This document shows, one piece after another, positions 1 through 10,454 of a stretch of DNA of 64,000 nucleotides. How positions within the stretch are numbered: the stretch's first letter is position 1; each line of letters begins with the position of its first letter. This stretch comes from an uncultured delta proteobacterium. GTDB taxonomy: Bacteria > Desulfobacterota > Desulfobacteria > Desulfobacterales > Desulfatirhabdiaceae. Location of the stretch: the NCBI GenBank assembly GCA_963845015.1, contig CAWJRD010000008.1, positions 3,993 through 67,992 of the forward strand, written 5' to 3'. Under the pieces are notes generated by a model. It made no database searches, was not told where the DNA came from, and saw only the letters and a list, made by a program, of their open reading frames with translations. The translations under genes and the position numbers were made by a program.

Positions 1-1409
1 CCCATGCTGATGCTTTGTATCGGCATCATCATCGGAATCAATATATACAATCAGAACCGGCTTATTCGAAGCCAAACCCAACAGGCATGTGAAAGTCTGG
101 CTGCTACCATAGAAAGCAGCTCTTTTGATGCTTTGGCCGTGGGCAACAACAACGAAGTCCGAAAGCAGTTCAGCCGTTTGAAAGAACAGGCTGCGGGCAT
201 TGAGGTCTCCATTTTCGATTTTAACGGAGACATCACCTTTGCCTCGGAGCCGGCCATGGCGCATCAGAGTATCCGTTCTCTCCTGTTCAATAATCAGGCA
301 TCGGAGGCTGTCATCCGAATGCTGCAAGACGGCAAAGCGCCTGCCGAATCTTTTGAAGAGATTATCAATCAAAAGTCTTATCTGAGTTTGATCCGGCCCA
401 TTCTGAACGCGGAAAACTGCCACCATTGCCATGGGAGTCCCGAAAAATTCTCGGCGGCATCCATATCCGGACTTCGACCCAGGCCACCCTTTCCGAAGCG
501 CAGCGGGCGCGGAATCAAGGAATCCTCGTGGGGTTTGCCGGGCTGATGATTCTGGCGCTGGCGATCTACGGGTTGTTTCACAAGATGGTCAATCAACCGG
601 TTAAAACGATTCTGGACCTGGCTGGAAAGATGCGGCAGGGAGACTTCACCCATGCGGCGCCGGTTAAGTCCACGGACGAAATCAGCCATTTGTGCGCCCG
701 CATGAACCTGGTCAATGAAAGCCTTTGCAGCATGATCCGGGGGATATTTGCCGCCTCTCAAAGTGTTGCGTCGGCAGCTTCCCAGCAGGCCGCTTCCATT
801 GAAGAGACCAGCGCCTCTCTGGAGGAGCTTGCGGCGATGACCCAGATGAATACCGATAACGCCATCATGGCGGAAAGCTTCATGCGCGATTCCTCGGCCA
901 AGGTGCATCAGGTCAACCAGATCATGTCGGAATTGAATGGTTCCATGGCGAACATTTCGCAATCCAGCGAGGAAATTTCCAAGATAGCCAGTACCATAGA
1001 AGGAATTGCCTTTCAGACCAATCTGCTGGCGCTGAACGCTGCCGTCGAGGCGGCCAGGGCCGGAGAGGCCGGCGCCGGATTCGCCGTGGTTGCAGAAGAG
1101 GTGCGCAATCTGGCGATGCGAACGGCTGCTGCGGCCAGAAATACATCGGAACTCATCGAATTATCCGTTGGTAACGTCCATCACGGCAGTGCCCTGGCCG
1201 ACAGGACGGTTGAGGCTTTCAAGGGTCTTTCAGAGAGCGCCGACAAGGTTTCCGCCCTGATGGGTGAAATAACGGGTTCATCCAGGGAACAGTCTTCGGG
1301 TATTACGCAGATCAATGAGGCAGTGCGCGAGATGAACACCGCCATCCAGCAGAACGCCGCCACGGCAGAACAATTGGCTTCTTCGATCGGCGCGTTCAAA
1401 TTTCAATAA
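1..1409 (+). CDS. Methyl-accepting chemotaxis protein with a periplasmic c-type-heme sensor domain. The N-terminus may be cut by the window edge, and there is one frame junction near 435-445.
   Basis: ORF 4..546 gives a TM helix plus a sensor domain ending [14 protein letters not shown] (CXXCH). ORF 426..1409, in another frame, continues with [10 protein letters not shown], a second TM ([16 protein letters not shown]), a HAMP domain ([18 protein letters not shown]) and the MCP signalling domain ([37 protein letters not shown]). Confidence 0.85.
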
Positions 1410-1426
1410 TCAGGCAGAGAAACGAT

Positions 1427-2753
1427 ATGCGCGAATCCGCTCCACAGCCCCGGACATCCATTCGGGTCGCAGCCGACGACATGTTCCTGCCGGTCGTCAT
1501 GGCCTTTGTAGAACAGTCGTCTCTGGCGCTGGGGCTGGGAAAACCCGAAACCCTCAAGATGACATTGGCGTCGGAAGAGCTTTTTCTTCACCTGTGCCGG
1601 GTGGTCGTTCCAGGCCGGGATGAGGTCAGAATCCGGTGTGTCCGGAAAGGGCATTTCGTTCAGGCAGATTTCTCGTTTCCCGAGACCGGCTTCAACATGC
1701 AGGCGTTCAATCTGACCGCAACGCCCCGGCCTTTGGAACTTGCCGATTTCGATGACATGCGGCTGATATTGGCGTCCCGGTCCGTGGACCGGCTTAAAAT
1801 TCGTAGAACAGGAAATCACCTGCGGATTTCCCTGATCAAGGAGAAGAAATACCCCCTGGCGCAGGAATTGGCGGAGCTTCCCGCACCTTTTGCCGGCAGT
1901 GACTTTGCGATCCGTTGCCCCGGCCCCGATGAATTGAAGTTTCTGACCCCGCTAACCCGGGCGTTTTATCCCGATCGTTGCTTGCCGGTATTTTTTCAAT
2001 ATCCGGGAATGCTGGTCGATATGGTGCAAAGCGGTCTGTACCATGCCCTGATCGCGGCGGGGCCGGCCGGTGAAATTATCGGCGGAATGCTCTGGCATTT
2101 GCTGAGCGACCGGACTGTTGAAGCCGTCGGGCCTTATGTTTTTGGCGATTTGGAATCAGACCGGATTGCCGGGTCCCTGATCGAAGCCTGTGTCAGCGAG
2201 GCGGGAAGAACATCTGCCATTGCCATGATCTGTCACCCGCCTGCAGCCGGCCCCTGTTCTGAATATTTTGAATTTTTAGGCGATATGGACCGGTATTCGG
2301 CCGCCGGCGTTCTGATCCGGCAACCCGCATGGTTCCGCCTGATGCATGAGGACATGGGCTGCGTGGCGTGGGCGCCGGCGGAGATTGAGGCGTATCTGCG
2401 GGATACTTACAGCCGGTTGTTTCTGCCCCGCGAAATCCGCAAGGTTGACGATGACGGTGAAAACCAGTCCGCGCACTCGGTGTTGTCAACCCAGATTGAC
2501 CGCACGAGATCGCAGGTCGATCTGGATATCCTGTGGCCGGGAGTGGACATGGAGGACAATCTGATTCGGCATCTTGAGCTGTTTCGAAATGAGGGGATCC
2601 GCAATGTGGTGTTTGAGATCGATCTGGGGTGCGCCTGGAAGTCGGCTGTCGTTCCCTGTTTGTTGAGAAACGGGTTCCGACCGGTTCTGGTTCTGCCCTA
2701 TGCCGGGTCAAGGCGATATCCTTTTGTTTCAATTGCTTTTGTGCATGCCATGA
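1427..2753 (+). CDS. Two-part protein: a SpoIIAB-like (anti-sigma kinase fold) N-terminus plus a GNAT-like acetyltransferase-family body. The stop codon is restored only after removing one extra base near 2708.
   Basis: ORF 1427..3202 reads through into the next gene. Dropping t2708 gives LVLPYAGQGDILLFQLLLCMP* with TGA at 2751-2753. That end aligns with the end of the paralogue at 3967..4912 (DDDGILMQKLLSAP*). The family assignment is from memory and was not searched. Confidence 0.45.
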
Positions 2754-3868
2754 GGTGTTCGGTTTCATTTCAGCATCTGGCCCCTGAGTACGTACAGCGG
2801 TTTGAGGCCTATGTTCCCAGCAGGCCGGACGATGAGCTGAAAAAAAAATTCGGTTGCTCCCGTCTTTTCCGGCTGAACAACAATGAAAACCCGCTGGGGC
2901 CCTGTCCGTCGGCAGCCAGGGTGATCCGCGGGTTTGACCCCTCCCAGGCGTCCATCTACCCCAGCGGCGACTGCTGGCATCTGCGGCGGAAACTGGCTGA
3001 AAAGCACGGCATGGAGCCGGACCAGTTTCTGATCGGAAACGGCGCCAATGAAGTCATCGCATTTGTCATCAAGGCGTTCTGCCAGAAGGGAGACAACATT
3101 ATTACCGCGGACAAGACGTTTGCGGTCTATGAATGGGTGGCGGAATTTTCGGGAATCGAAGCCCGCAGGGTCTCCGATGAAAGATTATGGATTCGACGAT
3201 GACGGAAATGATCCGAAGAATCGATGCGCGCACAAAAATCCTGTTTGTCTGCAACCCCAACAACCCCACCGGAACCTACTGGGATTCCGCGAAACTGCAG
3301 GGGGTTTTTAAACCGCGTCAACGGCAGGCAAATTGTCGTGGTGGACGAAGCCTACTGTGAGTTTGTTGAAAATCCGGATTTCCCGGACGGTATGGCGATG
3401 ATTGCCGAGTATCCCAATCTGGTGGTGTTTCGGACATTTTCCAAGATGCATGCGCTGGCCGGGCTGCGGATCGGTTATCTGGCCGGGTCCCGCGAGGCCG
3501 TCGATATCATCCGCCGCACCTGCGTGGTCTATTCGGTCAATACGCTGGCTCAGGCCGCCGCCCTGGCGGTTCTTGAAGACAGCGGGGAACATGTGCAGCA
3601 TACCCGGGACCTGGTCCGGCGGCAGAAGCAGGCGCTCACCGGACATCTTACCGGCCTGGGGCTCCCGTTTCTTTGCGGCGAGGGCAATTTTGTCATGATC
3701 CGGCTTCCCATGAGCGACAGCCTGGCCTATCGCAGGCTCATGATGCAGGGGGTCATGATCCGCCCCATGACCGGATTCCGGTTTCCGAACTGGATCCGGG
3801 TGACAATGGCCTTGCCGGATGCCATGGATGCGTTTATGACGGGTCTGGAAAAGATTCTGAAAACATAA
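2750..3868 (+). CDS. Class-II PLP aminotransferase, histidinol-phosphate aminotransferase (HisC) family, with three +1 frame junctions.
   Basis: ATG 2750 overlaps the corrected upstream stop (ATGA). Motifs: FRLNNNENPLGP, NPNNPTG, VVVDEAYCEF, and the PLP-lysine motif RTFSKMHALAGLRIGY. Junctions lie at about 3175, about 3203 and the G-run at 3297-3301. Confidence 0.8.
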
Positions 3869-3966
3869 CGGATGCGGGATCGGCAGCCGGGATGAAACAG
3901 TCGGCGGCATTATCTGGAGCCGATATGATTTGAAAAAAACGGTGAATGTAAAGGAGATATTTAAAT

Positions 3967-4912
3967 ATGACTGACGCAGCGGCGCCCGTAGACATCGCTC
4001 CCGGACAAACCTGGGAAATCGATTTGCTTCGCCCTGAAGATGCAACCGGCGTTGTGAGATTATTCCGTACCGTATATGGCGACGGCTACCCGGTTCAGGC
4101 CTTCGTCGATCCGCAGGAGCTGATTCGGGCCAATGCGGAAAAGCGGATCATCTCCAGCGTGGCCCGAACCCCGTCGCGGCGACATTGTCGGCCACAATGC
4201 CATGTTTGCCAGTGCGCCCTATCAGCGGATTTATGAATCCGGCGCCGGTCTGGTGCACCCCTTGTACCGGAGCGGCGGAATTGTCGGAAAGGCGGTTCAG
4301 CACGGCCGGGATCTGGCGGCAGAGCGTTTTCGGCCTGGATGCGCTTTTCGGGGAAACCGTATGCAACCATACCCATATGCAGAAAGTGGTTCTCGGCCTG
4401 GGCTGGCATTACCTGCGCCATCGAAGTGGACCTGATGCCGGCCGAGGCCTATACCCGGGAAAAAAGCGCCCCGGGCCGGGTCTCCGCCCTGATGGATTAT
4501 ATCTGCCTGAAAAAAACAGAAAAGCAGGTGTTCATCCCTGAGGAATGCCGGGATATTTTTCAGATGATTTATTCGGAATATCCGGAAACCCGGCATCAGA
4601 AACCGTTCGGTTGACGGTGTGCCGGATCATTTGAAAACCGAGCTGGCCACATCTGTTTTTGAGTTTGCACGCGTGGCCCGCATCATGATCCGGACCGCGG
4701 GACATGACCTTGCCGAGGCGCTGAATGCTGCTGAGAAAAACGTATTGGCCCGGGGCGCCTCTGTGATTCAGGTCTGGGCGAATTTGTCCTGGCCCTGGAT
4801 CGGGCAGATCGTTCATCTGCTGCATGAAAAGGGATATTTTACCGGCGGCGTCCTTCCCCGATGGTTTGATGACGACGGCATCCTGATGCAGAAACTCTTA
4901 TCAGCCCCCTGA
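3967..4912 (+). pseudogene. GNAT-like acetyltransferase-family protein, paralogue of the body of 1427..2753. It is broken into 5 frame segments, so it is either a pseudogene or an error-ridden CDS.
   Basis: The segments 3967.., 4133.., 4185.., 4339.. and 4619..4912 follow one another with +1 offsets. They read continuously: WEIDLLRPEDATGVVRLFRTVYGDGYP ... GDIVGHNAMFASAPYQRIYESGAGLVHPLYR ... VFIPEECRDIFQMIYSEY ... GYFTGGVLPRWFDDDGILMQKLLSAP*. Confidence 0.5.
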
Positions 4913-5007
4913 CTGGGAAACGATCCGGCTGCATGCCGATCGCGCCAGGCAGATACTGGAGTTTGTCCGGGCGGATTACCTGGCGGTTCAGCTCTGGAAA
5001 GTGACAC

Positions 5008-6227
5008 GTGACCCAACCCCAAAAATTGTATTCAGCCGAATTTATATCCCTGATCTTTATTCTGTTTTTCGGTTTCTGCAACATGTCCGTGTTCTACAGC
5101 TTTTACGGCTATCTGGAACGCCTGGGCATTTCCGCGGAATGGCGGGGCATTGTTGTGGGCCTTGAGCCCATGACCGCTTTTTTTCTGCGTCCGGCAGTCG
5201 GCGTCTTTATCCATGCCGGAAACGCGATGGGGTTTCTTCGGTTCTCGATGATCCTGCTGGCCTTGATTCTGTGCGCCTACACGGTGACGGTCTCGCTGCC
5301 GGGTCTGATTCTGCTCAGAATCTGTCATGGGGCCGCATTCGTCACGCTGGTTTCGGCCGGCGTCGCGCTGCTGGTTCATTTCATTCCGCGGGAAAAAAGC
5401 GCTCAGGGGTTCGGCGTCATGAGCCTGGCCAGCCTCATCCCCTATGCCGTGGCGCCGATGCTGACCGAAATCGCGCTCCGTCATTTCCGCAATGAGGCGC
5501 TCATCTATGCCCTGGTTTCAATTCTGGCCATCCCCGGAATCGCCCTGATTTTTGCCGTGGGTCCCCGGATCCGGAACCTGCTTGTCAAAATGGACCCGGG
5601 CTATTTGCAGCGGCCGGCAATCGGGCAGTTGTGGCAGAATATCCGCCAGGTTCCGGTAATTCTGATTCTGGCCATGAATCTGCTCGTATTCTTCACCTAT
5701 GCCACGGTATTCTATTTCATCAAATCGTTTCTGGTGGTTCAGGGCATGGGGCAGGATGTCGGGATTTTCTTTGCGGTGTCGATGGGCGTCATGATCGTCA
5801 TCCGGACGGGATTCGGGCGGGTGATGGATTCGGGGAACAAGGTCCGGACCCTCGGGGCAATGGCGCTTTTTCTGGCGGCTGTTTGTGCGCTGATGCCCTG
5901 GGTCGATTCGCTCTCCAAGTTGTCTCTGGCGGCCGGTTTGTTACGGCATGGCGATGGGGGGCATCCTGCCCCTGCTCAATTCAATCATGTTCGAGTGCTC
6001 TTCCAGGCAGTTTCAGGGAATCAACAGCAATCTCATGCTGTTCATGATGGATGCCGGATTATTCTTTATGCCCGGTGATCATGGGGACAATTCTGGCATC
6101 CGGCGGATCATTCACGCTGCTGTTTCTGATCTGTTCGGCAACAACGCTGGCCCTGACGGCGCTTCTGGCCGGCCTGAGCCGATGGCAATCCGGCCATACG
6201 GCGCTTGGTGCGGGAGGTGGAAGATGA
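5008..6227 (+). CDS. MFS-type transporter with two +1 frame junctions near 5945 and 6065.
   Basis: The protein is a run of hydrophobic helices throughout (LIFILFFGFCNMSVFYSFYGYL, ILLALILCAYTVTV, and so on). The corrected C-terminus VIMGTILASGGSFTLLFLICSATTLALTALLAGLSRW ends at TGA 6225-6227, overlapping the next ATG. Confidence 0.65.
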
Positions 6228-8525
6228 CGCGTGATATTCCCGCGGTGGGAGGTTCTTTTCCCCGCTTTGATGCCCGGTCCAAGGTGAGCGGCGCGGAAAA
6301 ATACGCCGCGGACTGTTATGCGCCGGATATGCTGTGGGCCGGCGCCAGGCGGGCCGGAGTGGCGCACGGCAGAATTCTGGCGGTTCACACGAATGATGCC
6401 GAAAGCGTTCCCGGCGTTTTCCGCGTATTGACCCGAAAGGATGTTCCCGGAACCAACCGCCAGGGAATCGTTCACAAGGATCAGCCGGTTCTGGCGGGTG
6501 AAAAAATCCGGCACTGCGGAGAGCCGGTTGCCCTGGTTCTGGCCGAAAACCGGAAGTCCCTGAAACAGGCCCTGTCCCGGATACGGCTCGATGTGGAGCC
6601 TTTGCCCGGGGTGTTTGATCCGGAAGCGGCGCTGAAACCCGGTGCCCCCCTGGTCCATGCGGCCGGAAACACGCTGCTCTCCGCGGTGATCCGAAACAGG
6701 CGATGCGGACAAAGCATTTTCGGACTGCGATGTCATTCTGGAAGACTGTTTTGAAGTCCCGTTTCAGGAACACGCATTCCTGGAAACCGAAAACGGCTTG
6801 GCGCGGCAGAATCCGGACGGGTCCCTGGTCATGACGGTTTCAACCCAGGCGCCGTTCCGGGATCGGATGGAGATCGGCCATGCGCTGGGGCTTGAATTTT
6901 CTGCCATCCGCATCATCAGCCCTTATCTGGGGGGCGGGTTCGGCGGCAAGGACGGCGCCACGGTCCAGTGCCTGCTGGCCCTTGCCGCGATGAACGCAAA
7001 TGGCCGGCCCGTAAAAATGTGGTGGGACCGGGAAGAAAGCTTTGTCGCCGGATACAAACGGCATGCGGCCAGGCTCTACTATAAACTGGGCGCGGCGGCA
7101 GACGGAACACTCGTAAGCCTGGAATGCCGGATGTACTATGACACCGGCGCCTATGCCCATCTGGGCGGCGAAGTCCTGGAACTGGGCATGGAGCATGCGG
7201 GCGGGCCGTATCGCATTCCCCACGTGCTGATCCAGGGCTGGAGCGTTTATACCAACAATCCGGTTGGCGGCGCCATGCGCGGGTTCGGCGTATCCCAGGT
7301 GGCCTTTGCCATCGAACAGATGATGAACCGGCTGGCGGAAAAACTTTGCATGGATCCCTTGGATCTGCGGCTGAAAAACGCGCTGAGGCGCGGAGACCGG
7401 AACAGCTCGGGCGTTACCCTGGTGCATTCCACGGGGATCATCCCCTGCCTGAAAACCATCAGACAGCATCCATTGTGGTTAAGTCAGGCGGACTGGAAGG
7501 CTCGGGCCGGCCGGTTCAAGCGCCGGGGCGTGGGCGTTTGCGCCGTGTTCAATGCCATGGGATACGGCAGGGGCCTGCCGGATTCGGCCATCGCCAAGGT
7601 CGAGCTGACACGGGATGGCCGGATACGGGTCTATTGCGGGGTATCGGACATGGGGCAGGGCAATGCCAGCGCCTTTGTCCAGATCGCCGGCGAGATTTTA
7701 TGCCAGGATACCCGTCAACTGGAGCTGATTTTGCCGGATACGGAAAGAACCCACCCTTGCGGGTCTTCGTCGGCGGGCCGCACCACATATACCTACGGCA
7801 ATGCCCTGATCCGGGCCTGCCGGCAATTGAAGGAAAAGCTGATCCACCGGGCGTCTCTGGTTTTGTTTCTCGATGAACCCGCGGGGCTTGTGCTTCTGCC
7901 CGGCCGGGTCCGGCATCTGCCTTCGGGCCGGGAAGTATCCTTTTCAGCGCTTGCGGCCATGCTGCCGGATTCGGACCGGATGGCCATCGATCAGCATGTC
8001 ATGACGGTGGCGTTGGACGGGAATCTGGACGCCAGCGGGTTTGTCCTGGGATTCCCCCATGTGCTCTTTTCATATTCGGCCCATTTCGCCGGGATTGAAA
8101 TCGATGCGTTGACCGGAGGGGTTTCGGTCCTGTTTTATCTGGCCGTTACCGATGCCGGACGGATCATCAATCCCCAGGGGGTGGAGCAGCAGGTTCAGGG
8201 GGCCGTGGCTCAGGGCATGGGATATGCCTTGCATGAGGATGTCCGGCTTCGGGACGGCAAGATCCTGAATCCGTCTTTCAGCGATTATATCATTCCAACG
8301 GCACTGGATGTACCGGATGTTGCGTCGCTGACCGTTGAGAACGTCGAATCGACCGGCCCTTTCGGCATGAAAGGCATGGGGGAGGTCGTCATGAACGGAC
8401 CCTTGCCGGTAATTGCGGGCGCGGTTCTGGATGCGGTGGGCGCGTGGTTCACCCGATCCCCGGTTACGGCCGAGCGGATACTGGCGGCGCTGGATGTGAA
8501 CAAGGGTGCGGGGAGGAAACCGTGA
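6224..8525 (+). CDS. Molybdopterin-binding large subunit of a xanthine dehydrogenase / aldehyde oxidoreductase family enzyme, with one extra base near 6698.
   Basis: RBS gggagg, then ATG 6224. Sequence: GGSFPRFDARSKVSGAEKYAADCY, GEPVALVLAE, then after the junction GDADKAFSDCDVILEDCFEVPFQEHAFLETENG, PYLGGGFGGKDG, GAMRGFG, GMKGMGEV. Confidence 0.85.
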
Positions 8526-8998
8526 GCATAAACTGTAAAATCAACGGGAAGAATACAGAGATCCCAGGGCCTTTGGATCGACGGGTGGTGGATGTGCTTC
8601 GTGAAGATCTGGGGTTGACCGGAACCAAGGAAGGCTGCGGCGCCGGGGAGTGCGGGGCATGCACGATTCTGGTGGACGGAGAGCCCCGCCTGTCCTGCCT
8701 GATGATGGCTGCCCAGCTTCAGGATAAAGCCATTATCACGATCGAGGGAATCGGGGAACCCGAGGCGCTTCACCCGGTACAGGAGGCTTTTGTGGAACAG
8801 GGGGCCGTGCAATGCGGGTTCTGTACGCCCGGAATGGTGCTTTCCGCCGTTCATCTGCTCAGATGTCATCCAAAGCCCGACCGCAACGAAATTCGCCGGG
8901 CGCTTAGCGGCAATCTCTGCCGGTGTACCGGATACGTTAAAATCGTGGATGCCGTGGAAGCCGCCGCCAGAACCGTGGCTGAAGAGAGCAAGCCATGA
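8522..8998 (+). CDS. [2Fe-2S]-binding small subunit of the molybdenum hydroxylase.
   Basis: GTG 8522 overlaps the upstream stop (GTGA). Cysteine motifs: GCGAGECGACTILVDG and QCGFCTPGMV...GNLCRCTGY. Confidence 0.9.
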   Translation: MSINCKINGKNTEIPGPLDRRVVDVLREDLGLTGTKEGCGAGECGACTILVDGEPRLSCLMMAAQLQDKAIITIEGIGEPEALHPVQEAFVEQGAVQCGFCTPGMVLSAVHLLRCHPKPDRNEIRRALSGNLCRCTGYVKIVDAVEAAARTVAEESKP

Positions 8999-9846
8999 AC
9001 CAGGTCCTGCTGCCCCGATCGCTGAATGGTCTCTGGGCCATCATGCGCGATTTGCCGGATGCGGCGGTTTATGCCGGCGGCACCGATCTTCTGGTAAAAA
9101 TGAGAAGCGGATCAATCCCGCCGAAAGACCTGATCTGTCTGGAAAGGATTGCGGCGCTGAAAGGGGTTGTGGATCACGGGGACCGGATGGTTATTCTTGC
9201 CTGTACGACCTTCAGCCAACTGCTTGACGAACCTGCAATCACAAAGGATCTTCCGGTTCTTGCCCATGCCATTGCCTCTATTGGCTCCCCGCTGATCCGA
9301 AACATGGGAACCATCGGCGGAAACATCTGTACGGCATCTCCTGCCGGAGACACCCTTGCGCCGCTTTACGCGCTGAATGCCCAAGTCGAGCTGGCCTCCG
9401 AGACCGGAGTGCGGCGCCTTCCCATCAGCCGGTTTATCCTGGGGCCCGGCCAGACGCTTCTTGAAACCGGCGAGATTCTATCGGCGATTCACATCGAAAA
9501 ACCCCATCCAAAAGCCATCCAGCATTTCGAGAAGGTCGGTCGCCGTAACGCCCTGGCCTGCTCCCTGGCCAGCATGGCGGCCGTTCTCCGAGTGTCGGAT
9601 GACGGCATTGTCATGGCCGCTTCCCTGGCATGGGGCAGCGTGGGGCCGACGGTCATCACCTGCCCCGAGGCGGCGGACAGGCTGATCGGTCAGCCGCTTT
9701 CCCTGGATCGATTGGCCGAAGCTGCCGCCATCGTTCAAAAAGCGGTTTGCCCCATTACGGACATCCGGGCCACGGCGGACTTTCGCCGCGCAGTTGCGGG
9801 AAATCTGCTTCTTCGGCTCTGTGATTCAAAAAAGAGAACCCCATAA
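8995..9846 (+). CDS. FAD-binding (CoxM/XdhB-like) medium subunit of the molybdenum hydroxylase.
   Basis: ATGA overlap with the small subunit. Motifs: AGGTDLLVKM, RNMGTIGGNICTASPAGD, and the C-terminal DIRATADFRRAVAGNLL. Confidence 0.85.
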   Translation: MNQVLLPRSLNGLWAIMRDLPDAAVYAGGTDLLVKMRSGSIPPKDLICLERIAALKGVVDHGDRMVILACTTFSQLLDEPAITKDLPVLAHAIASIGSPLIRNMGTIGGNICTASPAGDTLAPLYALNAQVELASETGVRRLPISRFILGPGQTLLETGEILSAIHIEKPHPKAIQHFEKVGRRNALACSLASMAAVLRVSDDGIVMAASLAWGSVGPTVITCPEAADRLIGQPLSLDRLAEAAAIVQKAVCPITDIRATADFRRAVAGNLLLRLCDSKKRTP

Positions 9847-10010
9847 CTGCGATCATGCACATCATCAACAGGGTGCTTAAAACTTTAGAAAACCGGTCAG
9901 CCAACCTGCACTGCACTGCCCCTCGCTTGCCAAATGGGCTTCTGAGGCTGGAAATGAACCTGGTCGATTGTTAAGCGCACGCGCCATCCTGCCCCCCGGA
10001 CTTTATCACA

Positions 10011-10024
10011 ATATCATAAGATAT
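10011..10024. promoter_or_regulatory. Palindromic site ATATC-N4-GATAT, a candidate activator-binding (UAS) site.
   Basis: The sequence is atatcataagatat. The same arms recur 77 bp downstream. It lies about 310 bp upstream of the sigma54 -24 element. Confidence 0.3.
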
Positions 10025-10087
10025 ACATGTGATTAATCATATCGTCATCAGGCACCATTGCCCTGCCAATTTATCGGAATAGTCATT

Positions 10088-10102
10088 ATATCATAAAGAT
10101 AT
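10088..10102. promoter_or_regulatory. Palindromic site ATATC-N5-GATAT, the second copy of the candidate UAS.
   Basis: The sequence is atatcataaagatat, about 232 bp upstream of the sigma54 -24 element. Confidence 0.3.
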
Positions 10103-10325
10103 TAAAAAATGAGTCCGATTTCGACAGGCGACTGTCAATCCAATGAACATATTTTTGAAGATTTCTAAAATCTCTCCTGTAAAAAGAAAATGAAATTATC
10201 ATTTAATTTGAATCAATTCCTCCATCTGAAAAATGACCTGTTTCCGATCAACATAAAGAAATGCCATGAATATCCTTAGTGCCCCTTCATAATGCGACAT
10301 TTATTAATTTCAATAAATAATATTA

Positions 10326-10341
10326 TGGCACATATATTGCT
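10326..10341 (+). promoter_or_regulatory. Sigma54 (RpoN) -24/-12 promoter.
   Basis: TGGCACatataTTGCt matches the TGGCAC-N5-TTGCW consensus. GG is at 10327-28 and GC at 10339-40. It lies about 115 nt upstream of ATG 10455, which has the RBS aaggagg at 10447-53. Confidence 0.55.
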
Positions 10342-10454
10342 TTATAGGCAGTTACTGATAATGATAATCAAGTGGATAGATTTTTTTTAAGACAGCAGTA
10401 TCCAGATGATGAGAAATCGATGGTTCGCTGTTATTAACTTCGACACAAGGAGGA

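Noticed and set aside
4913-5007. A protein-like reading, DWETIRLHADRARQILEFVRADYLAVQLWK, after the GNAT2 stop, considered as a further frame-shifted C-terminal extension.
   Set aside because: GNAT1 and GNAT2 both terminate at the same aligned position (LLLCMP* and KLLSAP*), so the stop at 4912 looks genuine. The downstream reading has no stop of its own before it runs into the MFS gene.
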